From assembly GCF_041956535.1 (NCBI RefSeq), contig NW_027192218.1, forward strand, positions 15,728-79,727: DNA of 64,000 nucleotides. The letters run 5' to 3'. Position 1 is the stretch's first letter; every line of letters begins with the position of its first letter. The position numbers and the translations under genes are program-made. This DNA comes from Calcarisporiella thermophila CBS 279.70. Lineage: Eukaryota; Fungi; Calcarisporiellomycota. Below the pieces are notes generated by a model. It was given only the letters and a program-made list of their open reading frames with translations. It searched no databases and had not been told where the DNA came from. Shown in pieces: positions 38,587 through 50,530 of this stretch.

Positions 38587-39738
38587 ATGATAAACAATCC
38601 CTTTGAGCTTGATCCTGAATTAGTGCCGTTCATTTCCGACGATCCTCCGAACATCGATCTTTCATCGAGTCTTCTCTCGACCGCAGCTGCGGCGGCCATG
38701 CTTGCCTCCCCTATCTCCTCCAATTCAACATCGTCTGCTTCGCTACCCGCCCCATCGTCCATCGATCGGGCCAACAAACCTTCCGATTTCTCATCCCTCT
38801 CTGTGGCTGCGAATGGAGGAACCGATTCTGGCCATGAGGAGGGTGATGGGCCCGCTCTCGCTGCTGTGCAGGCTGCTTTCTCTGCTGCTGCAGTTCCTCT
38901 GACGTTCGGACAAGAACTGCTGCCCTCTCAGTTACAAGATCGTTTTCCCTCTCCGGATTCGCCGCGAGAAGATGGCGCCGTTAGTAGCATTGGGCGAAAT
39001 TTTTTCACCCAGAACAAGCCACTACAAGTAGAGGCGACGGTGAATGGGGTGGAGGAAGCCCTGAAAAATGCGCTCGATCAGGTGGAGCGAGGCAACATGA
39101 TATCTAGCTTTGAAATCCTTGCTGGATTAACCGAAACAGTAGCCTCAAAGTGCGAGGAGCTAGGTAGATAACCCATTCTGACTAATCCGACCCTCCTGAT
39201 AGAACATCTATCCTCACCATCCTGTTGTTTTTCACCCTTAGGCCTAGCGACCGATGATTGTCCCCCAAACTTTGACCGTGATGGATTTTGGAATGGCCTA
39301 AATAACACCTGGCTCTATGCCATTTCTCGATGTCACCTCTCCTGTAGCGATTCTGAACGACTCAGCCATGCGGAACTCAGTCAAATACGGGAGGCCGTGA
39401 TCCGTTGGGCGGATACTCTCGAAAAATATGGGCTTGTCGACTATGAGATGGGCTGGTGGGAGCAAGATATTCTGGAGGCACTTGATGCGCAAATGAGCGT
39501 GAGTGTCGCCGTCACACGGGCTGTATCTACCCTGTCAACTCTTCCAGCTCTACCTGCGATGGGCGAGCAGCAGGATTTGGCCGCGTCGTTAGCCGCATCT
39601 AGGGAAATTGAAGCGATGGCTGAAAATGGTGGTTGCGGAAATCCCGAAGGGATCACGGACGTATTGCCGAATGAGCTAGAAGAGATGACGTTTGGGGACG
39701 AGAGTACAACGGAGAGCGAGGTAGGGGGAGTTTTGTAG
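38587..39738 (+). CDS. Conserved fungal protein with an RfeF-like C-terminal helical domain (function poorly defined); intron 39164-39241
   Basis: EELGL..RDGFWNGLNNTWL..WADTLEKYGLVDYEMGWWEQDIL resembles the GLVDY[QE]MGxWEE motif of proteins annotated RfeF. Confidence 0.65.
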
Positions 39739-40083
39739 CAGGCCTCAACTCGTCTGCTTCTATTGTTTTCTCTTGTATAGTGAGCAAATATATATACATA
39801 TCTTTTCCCCATCTTTTGTTCGTTTTTCCCTTGTATTTTAATATTTAGTTTTTTTTTTAATATTCTATTACTTGTAAAATACACAGAAACTTTTTTCTTT
39901 TCTATTGGGCCCAATTTTTGAATGCCTTGTTTTCGATGCGTTGACCTCTCGAGATTAAATAGCAACTACGACAAGCCATTCCTTTCTAGGCCAAAATTTG
40001 TTCGGTGCACGAAAACAAATTATCTGAAAAATCTCGCTCCCCTTCACTTATAGACTGTAATAATAATCTGTTGACTTCAATCA

Positions 40084-43000
40084 ATGCCCATCGACGATGC
40101 AATTCCCAATTAACACACTTGAGCAGGTAGAAGGGGTAAATATAATCGAGCAAGCTATCTGTTTCTTCTTCTTCACATGTATATGCATCCTGCACCCATC
40201 TATTTCAGCTCATTTCGCAAATGTATGCGGCCAATGATCCCGCTCTGCAAAAGCAGGCAGAGGAATACCTAAAGCTCCTACAGAAAGAAGTATACGCGTG
40301 GGATCTGGCGCCTCAGCTACTCGGTTCACAGGTGAGCTGATGTACTTCCCAAGGGTGTATACGATTGAGAAATCAATTTCTGATTATGTTGTTTATTGGC
40401 GGTTTCAATTAGTCAGTCAACTCGCGCTTTTTTGGAGCCCACACGTTACAGATCAAAATAGCAAGAGATTGGTGAGCATTTTTCGAAAGATTTGACCTCT
40501 ATTGTATTTTGCACTTGGAGACCTTATCCGATTCTTTTTTCCCGTCGTCATTAAAGGGACACGCTGCCTGAAGAAAAGATTCCGTGGCTGCGAGAGCAAA
40601 TTTTAAGTTGGCTGTTGCAGTTAAGCGATGGACCAGCAGTGGTTACGACAAAACTATGCGTTGCTGTAACTTACCTGTATTCATGGAGTGATTAGTATAT
40701 TTGATACTCAACCATTCGTCTATAGATCGTCGCCTATGCACTCCATGCTGTTCCTCGGCACTGGTCCAACTTTATACACGATACATGCCAATGTCTTGAA
40801 CAGAGCGTGGTCACAAGAGGGCAAGCTACGCGGGAGCGCGTAGTTTGTGTGCTGCTGGAGTTTCTGACAGTGGTGCCTGAGGAGGTCGGCCGAGCAGATT
40901 TAGTGGGCGATCAGAAGTGAATATCACATTTCTATCCATAAGTTTAAAATGGGTGATAACTCTTTATTGTGGATTCTACAGAGTAAAGATTAATCAAGAG
41001 CTCTCTGATGCTATCCCGTTTATACTGTCAATGCTTCCCACCCTGCTGTCGGAACATCATGGAGCGAGCGACGAACTCATCAAAAATAAGGCGCTACGAT
41101 GTCTACAGAGTTGGATTCAATACGGGATCCCAATTTCGTAAGAGCTTTGATTGCAGCACCCAGATACTCCTAAAGTATTGACTGTTTTGTTGTGGTGTGT
41201 CAAATTAGCTCCTTGCATCCGATTCTTAAGCTGGTTCTTTCATTTCTTCCTATGGAGCCAACTCGTGATTCAGCCACCGATGTGCTCCTCGAATTTATGT
41301 CGCACCCCGCCAGCGCGACATTGCAAGACACAGTATGTCTAGAGTTGATTTCGTGTATGATGGGCGAATGGATGAAAGGAGAAATTTTGAAGAGGATTCA
41401 AGGTGAGTTCCCATCCACTCTGTGTTTTTGTCTGGCCACTCTTCATATACATTCTCTCCCACTATACTCTCCCTCTAGAGCAAGATGAGCAAGAAATACG
41501 AAATTTTTGTCGCTTACTGTCTACCTTTGGAGAGAATTACACCGAGTGGATCGCGCGACACTTTGTACAGCCAGATATACTGGCTTATTTAGAAATAATG
41601 ATCATGCTGACGGGTTTTCCGGGGTTTTATGGGGCTGAGCAGGAGATTAGCGAGATGCCGCTTAACTTTTGGTATCTTCTTCAGGAATCCATCTGTGAGT
41701 TCTGCCCCGACCAGACTGGTGGTGTTCGCGAAGCCTCACGAATGGTCTACCGTAAGCTGGTAGAGGTACTTCGGGAAAAAATAGTGTTCCCGCCCGACGA
41801 GGTGTGGAATGCTTGGACTCGCGATATCCGTGATCGCTTTAAAGTGTATAGGCGGGATGTGGGCGATACCCTAATTAACAGTTACTATATCCTGCGTGAG
41901 GAGATGTTGGCGGTATTGGTCGAATATGCAGGGCGTCAGTTAGCATCACCAAGCCCGGATGCACTAGTAAGTCGACCCGCTTTCAGTGTAATTAAAGGTA
42001 GTCATTGAGCTTGGACTTCATGAATCTCTTTCAATCAACGTAGCAACTTGAGGGCACGATTTTCTCCATCAAATGTATCTCCGAGGCTGTGCCTAATACG
42101 GAAAACGTGTATATCCCCCGTATATTTGGGGACGAGGTGTTTGGGCAGCTATTAACCATTAACTGTTTTAGAATGCGGTACACAACCCTCTCAATGATAG
42201 GTATATTCAGTCTCCACACTAGTGTTTTATTTGAGCGGCTTCACTCACGTTTTCTGTTGCTGTAAGGTTCCTATGCCGACTGGCTAAAAGAGCACCCTCA
42301 GTATTTGCTTCCTGCTCTGAATTATCTCATTCCAGCGCTGGGGGTTCCAGATCTTGCATTCGTCTCTGCCCTCGCATTCAAGTCGGTGTGTGACACCTGC
42401 CGGCACTCGCTGGTTGCCGGATTAGAAAGTTTGATCAACATGTACCTAGTAGTCGGCAAGCATATCCAAGTAATTAAACTAGTGACTACGAAGGAAGGGG
42501 TGCAGAATCTCTTGAACATGCTTTTTTTTTGTTATTTCATCAAACATAGCCCAGAGAGAAGCAGAGAGTTATTGAATCGGTAGCGAGTGTGGTGCAAGCA
42601 CTCCCACAGGATAAGTGGGTTGAGCCTTTGGAGGTTTGGAATCGAGCGTCACTGCATTTTATCTCTTCTCCTTTTGACAGTGCAACTCAAAACTACTCTG
42701 CAAACCCCCTAGGCTCTTCTCGGCGATGTGCTTCAAACCCTTCGTGAATCATGTCAGGTCCCGAAAGAGGCATCGACCCGTACTCTTGTCATCGACAATC
42801 TACACTGCCTTACCGCATGTTGCCGTGGCCTACAATCACCGGATGACGAATACCAAAGTTCGGTGGAGCGAATGGCTTGTTATTCAAAGTTTGCAGATAC
42901 AGACCCTACGGAGATGAATCCAAAGATAGCGGGAATGCAAAGAGCACTGGAGGAAATGGCCCATTCAATATCAATAGAATGGAGCGAAGATATGGAGGTG

Positions 43001-44336
43001 ATTCAGGTAAATAAAAGAAAAGACTTGGAGCAGTTTATTTTTGGATGAATTAATATAATACAATTATTTTGCAGGGCTTGTGTCAGTTCATCGACGCATC
43101 TTCTCGCACAATGTCCCATCTGCTAGCGTTACGGTTTGAAACTTTAGTCACGCTGCTCCCGTCGGGATTTCAGCGACATCAACATGCATGTTGGCTTGAT
43201 TCAGCGTCACAGCTAGTGGTTGTATACGGGGAGGGAAAGCGAGCGGATAGATTAGCAAGGCTAAGTGAATGTGTTGGGGCGTTAACAAGGGTGGTGCTTG
43301 ACCTGCTAAAAAGTAAAGCTGGTACGTGCTTCGGCTGTCGGGAAAAAGAAGAGACTACATCTTACTCTTTTGTTGATTTGGTGAATGAACGTATATTCTC
43401 CCATAGATATGGAACAGAATCCGGACGTCATTAGCGCATTCTTTAGTCTATATTCGAGGGTGAGTTTGGTAATTACATGGATTTAGAAAAGGCGTTGCTA
43501 ACGAGGGTCAATTTCCTAGATCATCACTCGTTTCCCCGGCATTTTCTATCAGCTGCCTGCAGATCTTGTCGGGTCGGTGGTGTTGGCGGCCGTGGCGGGC
43601 ATTGGCATTCAGGAGCGAATGGCACTGAGAAGTGCTTTAGGGTTCATGGTGATTACTTGTATCTGTGTTAGCCGGAAAAGAGCTTTCTTGTTGATCTATG
43701 AGTGTTAGACTGAGTTCATAGGACAGGATTACGAGGACCACATGCTCGGAAAAGCGGTGCATGGTATGATGATGGAAGTGGGTCATCAAATTATGCATGA
43801 AGTGTTGTCGGTGAGTTTCAAATTTTCCTGACGCTCTGGTATTATCCAGCTTGAACCACTTGGCCAACCGCTTGATTCGTAGGGGATTGGAGGACGTCTT
43901 CCGCGGGGGATGATAGCACAACTCGTCGATATCCTATACAAGATGATCGGACGATACCCGGAAGCATGCCGACAGTGGCTCAACACTCTGCTTTCGCAGG
44001 TATGCTGCTTTAAAGTCTAGATGGGAGTGAAATGCCCCCTTTTTTGCTTTCTTGATCTGTTAATCTTTTTTGCGAATATATCGGCGATGTCTCCAGGAGA
44101 ATTACCCCTCAGCCCATGTTGACCAGAATGCTAAGCAGGCATTCATTAAAGGCGTGATGAGGTATGCTGAAACTATAAAACTCGGGCGGCAAAATCTCGG
44201 CATTAAATTCTAATGTTTTTTGTTTTATTTTTTCATTTTCAGCACAAGGTCACCTAAACGATTTAAAGCTGCTGTGAACGAATTCTCCCTCAAGTGTAGG
44301 AGATTGGAGAACACGGCTTTTGGGCAGGCTTTCTGA
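40084..44336 (+). CDS. Importin-13-like karyopherin (importin-beta family), many exons
   Basis: QAEEYLKLLQKEVYAWDLAPQLL..RFFGAHTLQIKIARDW; LEFLTVVPEE; CLQSWIQY; PLNFWYLLQE; RFKVYRRDVGDTL; RFKAAVNEFSLKCRRLENTAFG. Confidence 0.85.
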
Positions 44337-44709
44337 TCCCAATTGAGCAGGGAGGGGGGGCAATCGCCTATTTTTATTTGGTTTGAATTTTCGAGCACCC
44401 GGCTTTGAACACAAGCTATCTTTTTGATGCAATTTCTTTGGCGGTGGAATTAAAACAGTAATATCTAGTGGTGTGGAACCGTTTAAGCTTTTTTGATAAT
44501 TTTAGTACGTGTGTGGGATAGGTTTTGGAACACTTGTTTTTAGCCATTTTGACTTTTCCCTGGAGGGTTTTCTTATGTGGAATTTCTGTTAACGTTAATT
44601 CTATTTATTCCTACCTTCCTCTAATTCACCCATCTCTACTCATTTCTCCCGCCACAACTACATCGTCATACTAGCTGAGCGTGGGACACATTACCAGATC
44701 GACACAAAT

Positions 44710-46592
44710 ATGGCCACCGATTATGCCCACATTGGAATTCTCTGTACCCAATGCGGGAACGATGTAGGACTTAATCCGGAACGGCATAAGTGTGCGGGGA
44801 GGCTACTTCCTCCTCTCCAAGCGGATATCAATCGATCCCTCTCGATGGCAGGTGGGAAAGAATGGCGAAGCCGGAAGGAGAGAAATGCACCCCCCGTGCC
44901 TCCCCTTCCACCCCTCCCGGCGATGCCACCCGAGGTGAAGAAGGAAACACGAAAGAGCGGGGAAGAATGGAAAGGAGAGAAATGGGGTGGCTCGATTTGG
45001 AAGTCGATCAAAGCGACCGCAGGAACTTTTGTTCAATCAAAGAATGACTGGCCTGGTACGTGTTTACAACTCGAACTAATCTCCAGAATTTCTGTCCATT
45101 GCGTGAAGGCATTCATATTACAACATGCTGACGAATTATGGTTATATATGTGATAGATTCCGACGAATCTGACTGGGAAGGCGAATCGCATGTGTCTCGT
45201 ATATTGCGGGAATACCATGAGTCTAAAAATGATAACCTCCCTGCTTGGCTTAGGGATCCCTCCGCTCCGTCCCCCGAAAACACTATTACAGGCTCTGCCA
45301 CAGCGGCACGCGAGAGTATGCGACAGGATGTTTCGGCGGAGAGAACGAGCTCTGCCTTTAAAGATATCTATGAGACTGCACCACCCCCAATACAACGGCC
45401 CCAAAGAAGCCCAAAGCCGTGGGCAATGCAGCCCGAAGCGATGCGAAATGAACGTGAGACAGGGTGGGATGAACGGAGGAGAACGCAAGAAAGGCGACTG
45501 GAGGAAATGAGTTTGGAGGAAAAACGGGCCAAGCAGAGAATGTCAGAGAAGAGAAGAATGTCGGAGGAGAGAAGAATCGCCCAAGCAAAACGTATTGAGG
45601 AGGCGAACAGGCTAGCTGAGGAGAGGAGGATCGAAGAGGAGAGGAGAATGGCAGAGGAGCGTAGAAGGGCAGAGGAGCGTAGAAGAGCAGAGGAGGAGCG
45701 TCATAGAATAGAGGAGCAAAAAAGACAGGCAGAGTTGGAAAGGAAAAGGATAGAGGAGGAGCAGAAGCGAGCGGCCGAAAAGAAGCGAGCAGAGGATGAA
45801 CAACGCAGGTTAGAAGAGCAAAAAAGGCGGGCGGAGGAGGAGAGGATACGGATGGAGGAGGAGCGGAGACTAGCAGCTGAAAAGAAGCGGGCAGAAGAAC
45901 GGCTGGCAGAGGAGAGACGACTAGAGGAAAAGAGGCGGTTGGAGGCTGAAGAGCGACAGAGGGAGGAGCGAAGAAGACAAGAAAAATCGGACCTAGGTCG
46001 GGCTCAATTCAATTCTCACCGCCATCCAATGTATATGCAAGAAGGCTCGAATCGAACATCTAACCCTGAATCATTCAAGTATCCTGAGCATGCATCTTAC
46101 TCCTCCTCGCGGTACGAGGGGTACATTGGTGGTGATACTGGAGATGGTCGTGGTCGTTCTCGCTCATGTGAACCCGTACCAGAACCTCGGCGTGTCCCTG
46201 ACCCACGATTATCTTCCCAAGGAGGCCACCGGCCTCCTCCGTCCTTTGCACAAGCACACGCTCTATATCCTCCTAAACAGATGGCTCCCCCTCCTCCACC
46301 CCCTCCTCCACCCCCTCCTCTTCACGATTCGCATCCTCCCGGCTATGGACGACGACCCGCACCTCCACCGCTCTCATCCATCCCAACCCCCAACTATCCC
46401 CCGAATCGTGCCTACCCTTCTCAGCCCTACGCGCCTCCCGCATCTCCTGGCTATCCGCGTCCTCAACAAAGACCGCCGCCCAGTTATCCGCAGTATCCTC
46501 CTGCACAACATCATCAGCCGCAGCTTTCACCGCGATACCCGCCCAAGAGCCAGTATTCTCCGCGAGGAAATGGGTATACAGGATATATATGA
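44710..46592 (+). CDS. Mso1-type Sec1-binding-domain protein with N-terminal CxxC..HxC motif, ER/K-rich helix and Pro/Tyr-rich tail; intron ~45056-45157
   Basis: CTQCGNDVGLNPERHKC; DSDESDWEGESHVSRILREYHESKNDNLPAWL (Mso1 Sec1-binding pattern); ~150 aa of EERRxxEE; polyproline. Confidence 0.65.
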
Positions 46593-47245
46593 TGAACAAT
46601 TGGACTTATATTTACCCGGTGGCTCTCCATTATTTTTGAACTTAATCTCACTACGCTATTTAATGCTAGTCCACTAGTATTTTTTATACTGAACCTTTAT
46701 TTATCTTTATACTTATATATTCTCTTTCTGCCCTCTTACACAAGCGACTTTTAATATTCCTTCTCACTGTATAGGACACATTATATAATGATTATTTATC
46801 GACCAACTCAATGATTTAGTAATTATAACCTGGCTATTATTATATTTCTTCATTTGTCTGTTTGGAATCAATGCCTCTCTCCTTTGTAAGCAAACTATCT
46901 CTAAATTAAAGTTTCTATAGCTGTCATTGAACAACTTTGTTTCCTTAATAATAATTTTGAAAAAAAAAATGAAGAGAAGAAACCAATATACTATTACTTC
47001 CGAAAGAGAAAAGGAAAAAAACAAACAAACGAAAATATGCCAAAACAAAATATATTGTAGAAGGGTTGGGTGACGGGTGAGCAAAAGAAGACATGCCGAT
47101 CAATAGAAAAGAATGTATAATATATAGCAACACAGAAAAGTAAATATAAAGGGGGAGGGGAAAGGAAATAAAAATGAAATCACTTAGGAGGTTTCTCGTT
47201 TGCTCTGATGCATAATGATGGGTGGGTGTGCCTGCTTTTCACTAT

Positions 47246-49021
47246 CTACATGTTGGAATAGCTGGTAATTGCAGCTGTGTTTTCGAGCCATTGCCCCTCC
47301 TCGTTGCTTGGAGTTCCCGCAATCGAACCAGGAAGCGAATATGGCATTGGATATTGCGGCATCGTAAAGTAGTTAGCGGGCGGAGGCATGGCAAGCATGG
47401 ATCGCGCCCCCATGAGGTCCTGTGCGAATTCGCCCCCATGGTTTTCCATTGGTGGCATTGGCGGCGCCATGGGTGCTACTGCGCCTACAGGAACGTTGGG
47501 CCGGTACTGCTCGAAGTTGGCCCCAAGACTCATGGATCGTCTCCTCAGGGTCTGAAGTGGATGGAAGCCCACCACGGAGTGCTGAGCCTGCTGCTGAAGT
47601 CTCCACTGTTGTTGCTGCAGCTGCTGTTGCTGTCGTTCCATTTGTCGCAGATGGGTGCGCTTGTGCACGGTAAGGCTGTCCGATCGCGTGAAGGACTTCC
47701 CGCACAGAGTGCACTCGTATGGCCGAATGTTCGAGTGCGAGCTGCGAATGTGACGCTTCCAGTGCTGCAAGCGCTTGAAGGGACGCTGACACCCTGGGAA
47801 GGGGCACACGAACGGGCGAGATTCATCCGGCTCTGACGAGGTTGGACGTGAATAGGGTCGAGTTTTTGTTGGCGTCCGGGTCGCCAGTTTTGAGGATGCA
47901 GCGGAATTCTCCTCAGCCGTAGAGGGCGGTTCGGAGACGGTGTGAGCTCGTCGGCGCCCGCCATTTCTTGCAAGGAAGAGGTGGGGTGTGCTCAGGGTGC
48001 TCGGAGGGGTTGACTGAGCGTGTTGTTGCGGTTGAGAAGGCGGAGGGGTAGATTCGTGCATCTGCATGGCGTCCACCATCGAGCATCCATCATCATCCCA
48101 CGATTGGGTGGGGTCCAGGGACCAAGCGCGTTGATGGGGTTGGGAGTGAGGCTGGTGGGAATGGGGATGGTGGAAGAAGGGCAATTTGGGATGTTCAATA
48201 CTTGCCATCTTGTCCCAACGCGCCCATACCCGCGATCCCAAGTCTGAGGCGACTGCCGGGGGTGTAACCTCGGCCAGTTCCTCAAGCGGCGACTCTAACA
48301 TCTTGAGCGCCTGGTCACCCTCCTCTTGAGCTCCGTCTCCTTCATCTCCCCGAGTGTCATTGTAATTGTCCAATGGAGCGACATCATTCGTCTGAGTCGC
48401 CGACATCATCGCCTCGTCTCCCAAAAGAGACGACCGCAGGTCTCGCAGCGACGCGCCATCAGGGCCCTCCGCGCTAATAGAAAGAGCAGGTTCGGCCATT
48501 GCTACCGTCAATGTTTGCTCGCCTCTCTGCTCTCGCTGCAATTCGCGCCCCAGGATGTCGACAAAGATCTGGTCATGAGGAACGGAGAACCAGAAGTACA
48601 CTTTCTGCTTTCTTGTTGAGAGCACGCAGCCGTTTTCATGGAGGAACTGGAGAAACTCGGATCCAGACTCTTCGAGGATAGCATCCGGGCCGATGCGGAG
48701 ATGACCCAGCGCAGCAAACACCTCGGACTCGAGCTGCTCTTCGTTGACCACCATGCGGCCGAGGGTTTCGAATCTAAAGTGCAAGGCGCGATAGATGTCT
48801 CTGCTGGTGATATGGAATAGGTTGTGCCATAGGACGCAAGCAATATGACCAGCGTCGCCGGCAGGGTGCCGCTTAATAGAGCTCTCTCCGGTTAGGGAGG
48901 TGGGTGCTGTTGCGAGGAAATAGCGCAGCTGCTCGCTCTGCTCCATGCGGGCTTCTTCTGAGGTGGTCGTAACGTAGCTGTTGGGTTTTGTAACCTTCTG
49001 CTTCTCGTTGGTCGTTGCCAT
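47246..49021 (-). CDS. STE12: STE12-like transcription factor (STE domain plus two C2H2 zinc fingers), no coding introns apparent
   Basis: LRYFLATAP..CVLWHNLFHIT..KQKVYFWFSVPHD; CPFPGCQRPFKRLQHWKRHIRSSH and RPYECTLCGKSFTRSDSLTVHKRTH; likely ATG of MATTNEKQ at 49021. Confidence 0.85.
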   Translation of the reverse strand: MATTNEKQKVTKPNSYVTTTSEEARMEQSEQLRYFLATAPTSLTGESSIKRHPAGDAGHIACVLWHNLFHITSRDIYRALHFRFETLGRMVVNEEQLESEVFAALGHLRIGPDAILEESGSEFLQFLHENGCVLSTRKQKVYFWFSVPHDQIFVDILGRELQREQRGEQTLTVAMAEPALSISAEGPDGASLRDLRSSLLGDEAMMSATQTNDVAPLDNYNDTRGDEGDGAQEEGDQALKMLESPLEELAEVTPPAVASDLGSRVWARWDKMASIEHPKLPFFHHPHSHQPHSQPHQRAWSLDPTQSWDDDGCSMVDAMQMHESTPPPSQPQQHAQSTPPSTLSTPHLFLARNGGRRRAHTVSEPPSTAEENSAASSKLATRTPTKTRPYSRPTSSEPDESRPFVCPFPGCQRPFKRLQHWKRHIRSSHSNIRPYECTLCGKSFTRSDSLTVHKRTHLRQMERQQQQLQQQQWRLQQQAQHSVVGFHPLQTLRRRSMSLGANFEQYRPNVPVGAVAPMAPPMPPMENHGGEFAQDLMGARSMLAMPPPANYFTMPQYPMPYSLPGSIAGTPSNEEGQWLENTAAITSYSNM

Positions 49022-50530
49022 ATTTATATATTTAACAATTGATACAGGAAGGGGGGGGGGGGAGTATGTGTTTGTGAGGAGAGAAATATACAAAAACTTG
49101 CGTTCACAGAGAAAGCAAACAGAATAAGAGGATGAAATGAGGGAGTTTGGCAAGGAAGATGCAAACTCAACTAGACGTTATAAGACTTGGATAAATACGG
49201 AGGCTCTTGAAAGAATAAATAATAAATAGGATAACTTATATCGTCTTTCCACACTTACATAAACAGGGCAGAGTATTTTTACAAGTGTGATATAGACAAG
49301 AGAAGGAAGGGGGGGGAGGGAGAAGGGGGGGGTGGAAAAGAGAAGGAGTGAAGGAGTGTCACTGGAAAGTATTGAATTCAAAAGCGGAAGAACAAAAAGA
49401 GAGGAAAAGAAAGGGGGAGCGGAAAGCGAGGGGGGCCAAGTTATAAGAAAATAGAAGCGATACGTGATCGAACCAAAAACCGGAGAGAGTTAAGTGTTGC
49501 GCAGATTACACAAAAATAAAGGAAAAAGAGAGGTTGCGGCTTATCCACGCCAGTTTATTTATTAAGTTCACAATATGAAACCGCTCTCTCTTTTCATGCT
49601 ACTCCTGTATAATTGCTTTTTTGTTCCCCGACCTTGATTAAATTTTGCGCGCACGCTTGGACCAAAGATATGGTGGGCCTCTCACCGTTTTGTTGTTTTC
49701 TACCGTGCAAGATGACACAAGGTTCGATTTGTGTTCATTAGGGCTGTCAAGTAATAGAGCAGGAGATTTTGCGCAATGAGTGTGGCCGTGGGCAAGAGCA
49801 GAACCGGTTGCTTGTTCCCACAAGCGCGGCCCGCGCCCATATCGGCGAGAGGGGGAGGGGAGGGGGCAGCCGGACGAGACGAGTCAATACCAGTTTATTT
49901 CCGGAACGCTGCTATCAATCAAAACATGATTCATCACAATTAGCATTGGCCCTCGAAATCCGCTGGCAGCCGAGGCCTGAGGTTCCGATTCCTTCTTCGG
50001 CTCAATTTTCAGTCGACGTGGTGACAGTAGAAGCTGAGGTGTCGCAAACCTCACCACGGCCCACTCGCCTTGCCTCCTCGCCCTGGTAACCAAAGACCAT
50101 TTTCCTTATTTCTGCTTGTTTGTGTCGTAGCAACGACTAAACTCACCCTCGAGGAGAATTATCCGATTACACAACCCGCATGGGCGTGGAGCTGTTGCGG
50201 GTGCGGAAACGGAATTACAAATATCCCCCCATTTCTCGCAATTTATTTTGCGTTACGGCTTGTAATCCACAGAAGACTGCGAATTTCAAATCGGGTCTCA
50301 CCCACTTTACTCTAATTGCTCAGAATGAAAAAACATCGCAAAAGGAAATTACATGTTTGGCGGGGAGAGATGGTCATCGAATCAACAAGGGAATTAGGTA
50401 CAATGAAAAAAAAAACAAAATCGTAAATAATTATAGTGCCATCGGCTTATAGTAGATGGTGAATAGAAGACAGAGGTAGAAGCCTCCCCCCTGCCCATCT
50501 CTGTCGGAGTTGGGCTCGCCCAGCCCCTTC

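Noticed and set aside
45550-45980. GAGGAG-rich tandem-like DNA repeats
   Set aside because: Coding repeats of the ER/K helix, not a CRISPR array or satellite
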